A DNA stretch of 64,000 nt from Veleropilina oligotropha (Eukaryota). Made by a program: the position numbers and the translations under genes. How positions within the stretch are numbered: position 1 is the first letter of the stretch; every line of letters begins with the position of its first letter. Where the stretch lies: contig JBEUKZ010000069.1 in NCBI GenBank assembly GCA_048128005.1, positions 248,001-312,000 of the forward strand. Direction: 5' to 3'. The notes below the pieces were generated by a model, which saw only the letters and a program-made list of their open reading frames with translations, made no database searches and was not told the origin of the DNA. Shown here one piece after another: positions 53,611-64,000 of the stretch.

Positions 53611-54741
53611 GAAACACATCAACTTGGCCCGCGTTGCGTTCCACGCAAAACAACTTCGATCTGCACGTGAGGATAACTGGTTCTAATTAGACCATATCGA
53701 ACAGAAACGCATTTAAATATTTCTCATTTACTAAATATTTTCTAACATGGACGACACGCGACCGTGTATCCTTTGCAATCACTTGAATTCGGCTACTATA
53801 CAATCATATATAAGTGTAAATTGCAACTGATGCATTGTTTTGTTTATAATGTTTGTGCGATCGATATTCATATAGACTAAATTTTCGAGGATACTAATTT
53901 AATGACCACGTGATTACTAATTAGTATATGTCAGTCACTTAATTGGTCTATTCTCAAAAATGTTTTTGTGTAGAATAAGTGACATTGTATATAAATATAT
54001 AACTTCACGCCGTTGTCCATGTACCCGACGTTACCTGGATTAAATCAATGAGCATAAGATTTGTGAATGTTAATTGAGTAATTAAGTGAAAACTGAAAAC
54101 ATTTAGAAAATATTATAAGATCCTGATTGGTGATAATGCTAGCATGTATTTATTTGGATTTTATTTAGTCTGCAATTGGTTACACCAGAATATAGTTTAT
54201 GTATTCATTTAAACAAGAGGGTCCTTTCCTTGCAGATCCGAGATCTCTCGAAATATAATTCGTGGCGTGAAGTAATTGCTCCTGATGAGTACCTAATTAG
54301 GGCAGACAGGGCTGATATTGTATTGAATCGCCGCATGTCTGTGACCTCTATATGTGACGTCAATGACCTGTTATTATGTATATTCTTGTTGCTGATTTAT
54401 TTATCAGCCTATCTAACCCAATACAATTTGGATAGCAGCTCAAACTTTACTCCGCACATATTTGACAGGAATGTGCGGTTATATACCCAAATTTCACCTT
54501 CATGTTCATAAATCATTTAATGACATGTATTAGGGAAAAGCATTCTATACTGGATATGGTTTGATCTTGTTCCGATTAACCATCCAAGATATCTGACTAA
54601 CTTACACAGCGTATACACTTAGATGACGTCCTGGCGTCGATGTGAAACTTGTGGTAGGCCTACATGCAATATTTTAAACAAAAAAAAATCCATATATATA
54701 TAGAGTGTAAGTTCCTTGACGTATGACCAGATGATGACCTC

Positions 54742-57700
54742 ATGAGATCATACTTTAATGATGGCTACACTTATCAGGAAATGCTCATCCTTCTTGAATT
54801 GGATGCACACGTTTACATCAGGTTTGAAAATTGCAAATGATTGATGTATTGAAATGAAAACATTCCAAATATGATGAAACATAATTTAGGATGTTAAGCG
54901 ATCACCCTACACATTGCCATTTATATATCGGGTCTATAATCATGACAAACTGATTATGTCTGTGTGTGATTACTGATGGGCCGCAGACGATGAATTGTTC
55001 TGAAATATCTGAATTATATCACAATGATCTCTGGCATCTAGACCGTTAATTATTAATTATTATTATCGATGTCCAGTGTGGTAACCACTCAACGAAAACA
55101 GCCCTTTTTCTGACCTCGCTATTTCATAATTTGTCAAGGAAAATTTTATTTTGAATTGTTTACCATCAAAATATCCAATGTGATGCTATTGTCGTTTGCT
55201 AGTTTTTACAGCCACATTATAACAATCTTTCCGTCACATCGTAGTCGAGATCCCCGGCTCAACATCTCCATCCGAACTGATGGACACTGCTTGCACTGGA
55301 AACATCGTCGATGGCAAATATCCCCGGGGTTTGAACTCAGAGCCTTGTATCTAGTGTCATATCCACTAAGCCGGGAACCATCAGCACCCAATGTGCAATT
55401 TGAATATGAGTCTTATTTTATGCAGCTATAGGCAAATAAAGAGGCATATGAGAAGATTGGGACTACGGCGACGTGGAAACCAAAACTACAAAATGGCCGA
55501 GGTAGCAATACAGGTGAATACAGCTTTAGCAGAGAAAATAACTTATACCCATTTGCATGGAATGGTAGAATATCGTGATTATCATTATTATCCAAATCCT
55601 AAAAATGATTATATCATCTAACCGCTCGATCCGGATGTCGATCAAGATAAATCCAATCCTGCTTTCGGTGTCGTTTGGAATTATCGCAATCTAGTGTTTC
55701 GAAGGTAATTATTTTCGCGATACTATCATTATAATAATCGTGATATTTCTATCAACTGGACGTTCTGTTTGTGCAATATAAAGTGCATAATTTTATTGGA
55801 AACATTATCCCGATCCGACTGCCATATTCTAGGCTAGTATAACCTTATATTATATTACATTAAAGCATAGCTAATATAGAAGATCCCTCGTTTGCAGGCA
55901 CTTGAAATGCATTTGCTCAGCATGGGTAAAGTTACGATTAGAAATGCATGTTTTAAACTTTCGCTGTCGTTTACTTCGTGTATAATTTATACTTTTAAGT
56001 GTAACATTATATATGTAAATTACTTTTGAAATCCTTTCCATGTTATCTATTAATTATGCATGTGTATACTTTGTATTTCATTAGTCTGAAGTTGAAGCCA
56101 GTGGCAGTAATCTTGGGTGTCGCAGCATGACTAGACGTTTGCGTTCCCGACATGGTATATCCATAGGCAGGTATGTGCTGTGTACTTAATGTACTTATTT
56201 TAGCTGATTGGAAACACAGTTGTAAATAAATCTGCATAAAACTGAAAAAGTTTAGAATTTGATGGGATCGTAATTTTAAAATGTCGATGATTGATTGTAT
56301 TGCATGTTTTACAACCCCCTTCAATTCAATGGAATCAATGTTGCGACTCACTGTGATATCTGCGTCGATTATATACCGTTACGACACCAAAACCAGTCTG
56401 ACAGGGGCGGCGCGACCGGGGGGGGTATTTACCCCCCCCCCCCCTAACATTTTGGGAGCAAGTGTCCTTGTATAAACTTTTATTTTTAAATAGATTCATG
56501 TAACAGTATTTTGTTTTCAAATGCCAGGAAAATGCATCTGAGGCACTTAAATTTTCAAATTTTCCTGGGGGAGGTCCCCATACCCCCGCCAAAAGCATCG
56601 CGCCTACGGGCTCGCGGCTTCGGCGCTCGCATTAATACTGGATACAGGAGGTGCCCTTTTTAGCGATACCCCCTAACATCAAAATGGTTGCATATCCACT
56701 ATTTTATGCACGGGCCCAAAATTTGACGATATAACAAGAACTGGTACATTTTTTATAGCCTAAAACGTAGATGAAAGATGCAAGAGTCAACTATGGTTAA
56801 GACAAGTGATTTGCGGTCTGTGTTGTTTTCCTTTTGAACTGCTAAGTTAGAAGTAGAAGTAGAAGTCCTAATGGATTTGCTTCTCCATATTCAAACATTT
56901 TAAAGATATATTTCATGGTAACTGTGTGATAATGATAATAATACACCTGATAATTATTTGGATGCAAATGCAGGGATATCGTTCTTCAACTGCAAAGACT
57001 TATTGATCCGGAAGGAGTTGAAGAAAGAAAAAGTCACACTCTAATAAGACGTCATTATCACAATAAAGGACCAAATTTCCTTATTCATTTGGATGGGTAT
57101 GACAAAATTAAACGATATGGATTCGCAATACATGGAGCAATATGTGGGTAAGTGCATATTCTTGCTTTGATTAAGCAGAGTGCTCAATGTGTCACTATTT
57201 GTTTATTCATATTCATCTCTGAAAATAATATTATCGTTTTGTGGATACATTGGACCTATTCAATTTCGATTACTTTTAATTATGATACTAACTTAAGTAT
57301 TAGCTTTGACTCGATAGATGTTAAGGTCATTGTCTATTTGGGTTTACTTTAAGTATTTATATTATAAATATAAATGCATGGTTTATTTTAACCTTTATAT
57401 TTTGCGCAGTTCTGTTTCAGGGTTCCAAGTGCATATTCTTGCTTTGATTAAGCAGAGTGCTCAAGGTGTCACTATTTGTTTATTAATATTCATCTCTGAA
57501 AATAATGTTATCGTTTTTTGGATACATTGGACCTATTCAATTTCGATTACTTTTAATTATGATACTAACTTAAGTATTAGCTTTGACTCGATAGATGTTA
57601 AGGTCATTGTCTATTTGGGTTTACTTTAAGTATTTATATTATAAATATAAATGGATGGTTTATTTTAACCTTTATATTTTGCGCAGTTCTGTTTCAGGGT

Positions 57701-59616
57701 TCCAAGTTATTTCGTTTGGGTGGAGTGTCGTCTGTGTGTCTGTGCAGCATCTTCTGCTTCTTCTAATACAATCATTCCAACATGATCGCAGTGCGTTGGT
57801 CATTGCTGTCGCATTGAAGGCGACATCAATCACCGACGCACTGCGATCATGCTGGTCTACGATGGTGATCTCCAGGTTGTAGTGCCACCATGCTGTTCCT
57901 GATGGTCTGTGTCAAAAAGTTTGCATTGGTGGAGCAGCTGCCAGTGGGGTTGATGATGGCCAGAAGCATGCCATCGTCTGCTCGAATTGACGGATGCGAA
58001 TGACGATGACATAAAATGATGATAAGTTTCATCATGATACATTGGAATTAATACATCATGGCGATCGAGAGGGCTGTATGAAAAACTATGAAAATATTTA
58101 CGCGAAATATAACTAAATGTTCTTTAAGGAGTGGAATCTCTGACTCTGGTATTTTATTATCACATTTACTACTCTTATTAACTAATTTATCTGCAAAGCC
58201 GTGGAAAATATTTTAGGTGGAGGGTTAATTATATTTAGTGGCGAATTAAAAAAAAAACGACCGTTTCGGGCACAAGGAGGCCTCCGATCGCGCAATGTCA
58301 TTAGCAAAAGTTGACCGCCACCCTCAAAAACTCTGGGCGGACGAGGTCGCGACTTTTTCATCCCAAAATGCCCGTTTCGGGCAGAAGGAGGCCTCCCATC
58401 GCGAAAAGTCATTAACAAAAGTTGCTCAGCACCCCCGATAACCTAGCTTGTAAACACAGTATGACATCGGAGGTCGCTGGTGGACGTTATGGCTCTCCTA
58501 CACTCCCTACAGTTCCCGCATTGGCCCGGGTAATCCTGCTAGTAATAAATATGACTATCTATTTATATATATATTCACAATGATAATGATTGTTTGATTC
58601 TTAATAGATTTTCAAGAAGACTTCTGTGGTTGAAAGTTGCACGAACGAATAATAACCCTAGAGTCATTGCATCGTACTACTTGGACTTTGTCGAAGAAAC
58701 AAAAGGCAAATTTATTTTAACATCTTCAATTATTTGAGTCATATTAAGATAGAAATTGTAATAATTCACTGTGACATCCTAAATTTCAGCCGGAAACTGT
58801 TTATGCGACAATCATATTACTTGACAGATTACTTCTGTTAATTGAAACTGGATTTTTATTCTTGGCGTAGAAATTTGTCACATTTTTTGTTCTCAATGAG
58901 TGCTTCAATTTACAGATCTCAGAAATGAATTTTACTTTGTTCTTGAGAAAGAATGTATTGAGTAACTGCATAAGGTCATGAAAATAATTACACATAACGT
59001 TAGCAAATATATTGCATGAATAAATTATTGCTAATTGCATGGCCTTTACAATATAATTATCAGTAAAAGATGGGGGAATATAAATTGTATTTATCCTCTT
59101 TTATAAGGTGTACCAAGGTGTATCCGAATGGATGCAGGCACTGAAAATGGATACATCGCTACCATGCAGGAGGCATTTCGATGGCAACATGAAGATGAAT
59201 GTTCTAGTGAAAAAAGTGTTATCATAGGCAGTTCCCATAGCAATCAGGTAGTGTGCAGTGTTTTTGTACATTTCATACAATACAGCGAGAATATCCCAGT
59301 TGTTATACGTTTAGTTATCCTGATAGAATAGTATATTCAAATGCTGACCGTCCATTGATACGTCTGTCGGTGCAAATGATCTTTTCTGGAGTGTCTCAGA
59401 AACTGCATGACATACATTTACGAAACTTGCTGCGATACGCGGCGGGGACCTTAAGTGGTTTTCACAATCTGAAATGGCCTCTCCTGGGTTCTGAGAGGGC
59501 AAAAGTATACTTTTCTAGTATTTTGGAATTGCAAAAGTTGGAGGATAACCCCCCTGGATTTTTTCATGGGGTTTTTCAAACACACCCAATCCCCCGGCCC
59601 CTTGGAGGAAACCCTG

Positions 59617-59677
<61 letters not shown>

Positions 59678-59843
59678 TGTATGTATGTATGTATGTATGT
59701 ATGTATGTATGTATGTATGTATGTATGCATGCATGCATGCATGCATGTATGTATGTATGTATGTGTGTATGTATGTATGTATGTATGTATGTATGTATGT
59801 ATGTATGTGTGTGTATATGTATGTGTGTGTGTGTGTGTGTGCG

Positions 59844-59890
<47 letters not shown>

Positions 59891-59985
59891 ATGTATGTAT
59901 GTATGCATGTATGTATGTATGTATGTATGTATGTATGTATGTATGTATGTATGTATGTATGTATGTATGTATGTATGTATGTATG

Positions 59986-60016
<31 letters not shown>

Positions 60017-60181
60017 GTATGTATGTATGTATGTATGTATGTATGTATGTATGTATGTATGTATGTATGTATGTATGTATGTATGTATGTATGTATGTAT
60101 GTATGTATGTATGTATGTATGTATGTATGTATGTATGTATGTATGTATGTATGTATGTATGTATGTATGTATGTATGTATG

Positions 60182-60276
<95 letters not shown>

Positions 60277-63200
60277 TGGTCCATGGGTCCCACACTGAAG
60301 AATTTTTTTTATACTTTTACACTGAATACGTCCTCTCCTGCACTCTGCGGTTGAAAGTACGCTTCATATATGGAGTGGATTATGCTGCATTTACATTATA
60401 TAATTATTGCATGGAGATGGGAACACCATGCGAAAGGACATTTTTGAATCTTTTTCACTGAAAATGTCTTCCCCGGCACTCGGGAGACTGAAAGAACGCT
60501 TCAAAAATGAAATGAATAAAGAAACATTCGCACAGAACAGTATCGATTTGAAATTACATGCCAACAAAACTATATTTATATGAGCCGCTATGTATACGAT
60601 CCCGGGCGTTATATATACATAGTTCAAGCAAAAAACAAGTTTGTCTCATTTTACATATATATTTAGATAATATAGGCCCTATGTAATTGCGTTTGATTTT
60701 AAAAACATTTATATTTATATAAAGTTGAAATTTTTCTCCAATTAATATATTTCACACATACTTATTATGTGTGGGAATAAACTTTTATATTCAACAAGAC
60801 TTAGTACAGCCTAGTTATTAGGTTGGATTAGTGGTTGAAAGAGAAGAGGAACTGAAGAAATGATCTATTTATTTTTGGAGTCCTGGGTAATTCCCATTAT
60901 GGACTCACACGAAATAAATGTTTGATTTGGGGATGTTAAGAGACATCCTGTCCTGCATTCTGAAGTATAATTATAATAATTTTGTAGATATTATAGAAAA
61001 ATTATGATGAAATTTTTAATTGTCCCGATCTGAGTGGGCGGGGGGGGGGGGCAACGCTAGCGACGGCCCTGTATTTTATATAAAAAATGTTCAGAAAATC
61101 AAGTATTTACTTATCATGTTGTTTCGATTTTATTTTTTGCCTTACAGTGAACTCTAAGGAATGGTATAGCTTGTTATGCTGGAACATGCATGTTTTCCCA
61201 TACTAGATGCGATGCAGTCCACTAGACATTGAATCCAAAGCTAAGAAATAAGCTATCAATAATTATTTAATCCAATTAAAAAATGAAAAACTTCGTTTTT
61301 GTCTATTATAAATTTTCTTGCAGAGAATCGAACGGTGGTGGCGAACGCTTCGTCAGATGGGAGTGTCATTTTGGATGGATTTTCTTAGAGGGCTCGACTC
61401 GCAAGGAATTTTCTCAACGACTAATCATTTGCACGTGTATGTTACAAGACATCAAAGATTAATTGCATGATTATTCGTCATTAACATTAATTTATTTTGT
61501 GATAATATTTGAATGCAGCCAATTCACAAGCAGCAATTGCCTCCCAGAAAATGAGAGATCGGTTAAAAACAATATATTGTATACCCATTTGTATCAAACA
61601 TATCATTTTCAAGACAAGTTTTAACGTATACATTCATAGTGGTTCTCAACTATGAAATAAGTTGCCTGGGAACATATTAAAATAAGCTCAACTCGTGATC
61701 TAAAATGGCAGCTTAAACTGAAATATAGAGGATATGTATTTTCAGGGAGATTCTACGCTTTTGCTTTATGCAAATTATTCAGTCAGAGTTGGATCAGATC
61801 AAAACGGAATGGAATTCACACAGAATCAGGATTGGTAATAATGATGGCAGCCCATGTGGAGTTCCAGATATAATATTTTTCCATCCTGAACTGTTTGGTA
61901 AGAAAATTAATGTTAACGAGACCATCCAGTGACATTTGAGCTCGGGCTAACAGCATTTAAATTTTCATCCACTACTTTACATGCATAATATTGTATACAT
62001 GTTTATAATTATGACAATATATTTATCAACTGGGGCCGCTCCGTGGATGAGTTTCACTCACTATTCACAGCCTGGCTCAGCAAGTGCGGGGTCGATTCCC
62101 ATCGACGGCACTTGAGAGTTTTCAAATACGGTTCACCATAACCATTGGATTTTCCCAGGTATTCATCTAATATCTGGGCTTTCCTCCCTCATTAATATGA
62201 GGATGTCCTAATTTGGCCTAAAATGTGAGTAACTCTGGACATTAAGAAATAATCCCAACTCCAACTATTCATCAACTCCTCCCAGAGGTCTTCTTCACAA
62301 TCAAATTGTATGTACGTGTCACTCGGGGAACCCAATGCGATGTTCTATGGAGGTTTGTTTAACAAAACCTAAGAGGCCCAGAGTGCTGCAACCATAAGAG
62401 TATGGTTAAACCAGGTTGATACTAAAAGTATGGTTAAACCAGGTTGAATACTAATTATATAGTGTCATTACTGAATCTGATATTATTATCATATGACTAA
62501 ACATTGTAGGTATTAGCCATACAATAGGTGATCTAGGGGCACAGTGACAATTCAATGGATTATAAAATATATGATGTTTAACGTCTCTCTCTGAACGGAC
62601 GGACCAAATGTGTCATCGTTAGATCAACAGCTTATAATGTCAGAACCATAAGGTGGTGCGATTGATACGTCGCTGGGGTGGATTAAGACTTATTATCCAT
62701 CATGATACAGATGTCTTAAATGCGAGTCCAAACTACCTTTAGGATTGAAAATGGTTAAATGCGGTCATCTGATGTCAAAGCCATTTGTGAATGTCTATCG
62801 ATGACTTTCCATACGGCCCTAATAGTAACATTATGTTATTGTCCTCACAACATATACCATTCATAAACATAGAGCTCTGTCGTCTTCGACGTAGGTAAAA
62901 ATCCAGTCATCAATATTAATATGGTTGTCTATTAACTGAGCCAAATGTTAGAGAGTTTAATAATATCACTGATAATGCAGAAACACGAGTAGCTTGAGGT
63001 AGATGGTTGTGTCAAAACCAACATATTATGATTACAATTTTTCTGTCCACCTCTGTGGCTTTGAAAGCGACTCCCAAATCAGTCGTACCGACTGTGCTGG
63101 TGCCACAAGTGAGAGTTTCCATGACTTTATCACTTTAATTTATTATTTTCCTGTAGTCCATAACTGGCTGGGTAGGTTTCACCCGATAATTCCGGCTTTC

Positions 63201-63483
63201 CTCCAATGGCCTTAGATGTACATAATTAATACTCATTTTATCCATATTATTTTCACAGTAATAATAAGATGCATCTTTTGTAGATGCACTTGATTACAAA
63301 TATCCAGTAAGCATTGCTGATGTGCAAATATTGAAAACATTTTGTGAGCCACTTACGGCACATGGTTGCACAAATGAAGTGAGGGACTGGTGTCAGGATT
63401 TAATGGCTACACATGGAAGGGGACAACCGAATACAGTTGATGGTGCTCTCGACCTTCTCCTTTGGTTACTTCATCAAATTTAA
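54742..63483 (+). CDS. IS3EU-like DDE (integrase-core) transposase, 9 exons: 54742-54821, 55426-55513, 56085-56170, 56974-57147, 58608-58705, 59108-59247, 61324-61436, 61746-61897, 63284-63483 (376 aa from ATG 54742; a short extra 5' exon is possible)
   Basis: All junctions are phase-compatible with no stops: [127 protein letters not shown]; aataaa at ~63530. Confidence 0.88.
55200..55390 (-). mobile_element. tRNA-derived SINE in transposase intron 1
   Basis: Minus strand ggcttagtggatatgacac...gagttcaaaccccgggg (A/B boxes) followed by a non-tRNA body. Confidence 0.55.
56402..56700. repeat. GC-rich MITE-like interspersed repeat in intron; similar pieces at ~13900-14240, ~58195-58530 and ~59385-59616
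   Basis: caggggcgg start, poly-G/poly-C tracts, aaaatgcatctgaggcacttaaattttc body; termini not resolved. Confidence 0.4.
57150..57705. repeat. 277-bp near-identical tandem duplication starting at the exon 4 splice donor
   Basis: aagtgcatattcttgctttgattaagcagag at 57150 and 57427; the unit ends ...tcagggttcc. Confidence 0.95.
57777..57855. other. Compact stem-loop (~36-bp stem, 7-nt loop)
   Basis: ccaacatgatcgcagtgcgttggtcattgctgtcgc-attgaag-gcgacatcaatcaccgacgcactgcgatcatgctgg. Confidence 0.8.
59620..60274. repeat. Compound microsatellite (TA)n-(TATG)n-(TG)n-(TATG)n-(TA)n
   Basis: Directly visible; lies in intron 6 of the transposase gene. Confidence 0.99.
62032..62270 (+). mobile_element. 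tRNA-derived SINE (Meta-core-like); a further remnant at ~63040-63240
   Basis: ggggccgctccg head, ggggtcgattccc B box, ggattttcccaggt...gggctttcctccc core, (ccaact) tail. Confidence 0.6.
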
Positions 63484-64000
63484 AGCATACAATTAGCAAT
63501 ATTGCACATATAATAATATGATGTTTTGGAATAAATTGCTGTTGCCTTAATTGTGTTTATATATCTTATTTTTGCTCAATATTTCATTGTTTCTATATAC
63601 TATAATTAATGATGTTTAATTGTTAGTATCATGATTTATTGTTCGATATAACACAACGGGTTGTATTGGAACATATTATCTTTACTTGCAATAAAATATG
63701 TTTAAACTAACTTGGGGGGGGGGACCCTGATGATCCTGTGAATCAGTGTTTCGCCGATTATGAACTACCGTGACTGATAAATTTGATCGGTAGTCGAACT
63801 TTAACTGCTGAACCACAATTAATGGTGTTACCATCATCCACCACTAAATCGTGGTCCAGAGTCAGCCTGGCATTGCGACGTGATCAGGTAAACTTACTGG
63901 TTGTGCTAATCTACGACGTTGAGATAGTATATCTGGTATATGTACACGTAACATATGTGTACATTAAATATTTTGAAAATCATCAGATTTATATTTCTGA

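Larger units (their letters stand above)
53126..64000 (+). mobile_element. IS3EU-type DNA transposon (left end plus transposase gene; right end not seen in window)
   Basis: Begins TATGGTGTCCGGTTAGGGCCATATG (a TAY terminus, as described for IS3EU) exactly where the LINE homology stops; subterminal motif array; integrase-like spliced gene downstream. Confidence 0.75.

Noticed and set aside
55899..55926. Candidate micro-exon ALEMHLLSM in the IS3EU transposase gene
   Set aside because: 28 nt would shift the frame; flanking exons already join in phase 0 and give a sensible sequence.
59253..60461. Long ORFs (402, 262, 239, 224 aa) with YVCM / HTYI repeats
   Set aside because: Translations of a stop-free (TA)/(TATG)/(TG) microsatellite inside an intron.
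63720..63890. Possible exon of the second IS3EU gene
   Set aside because: No recognisable motif or consistent splice pair within the window; cannot be supported.

Overview
AT-rich eukaryotic (invertebrate, probably lophotrochozoan; this is inference from the SINE/LINE types) genomic DNA with spliceosomal introns, made almost entirely of (i) a three-copy tandem duplication of a minus-strand, KRAB-less poly-C2H2 zinc-finger gene and (ii) a dense, nested collection of transposons. Copy A has 15 fingers, copy B has lost its coding exon, and copy C has 12 fingers. Matching fingers of A and C differ preferentially at the DNA-contacting helix positions. Transposons include a 7.9-kb PIF/Harbinger element with perfect 42-bp TIRs, a CTG TSD, an intact 3-exon transposase and a nonsense-interrupted Myb/SANT partner gene. 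An IS3EU-type element inserted into an L2-type LINE encodes an apparently intact 9-exon DDE transposase (one GC-AG intron) that is essentially invisible in the ORF track. Also present are a decayed second Harbinger, two Kolobok-like TTAA elements, the 5' part of a Sola-like transposase gene, Mutator/Foldback-like MITEs with asymmetric ends, several other MITEs and hairpins, five LINE fragments and several tRNA-derived SINEs. All calls come from manual reading; family assignments rest on recalled motifs and were not checked by database search.
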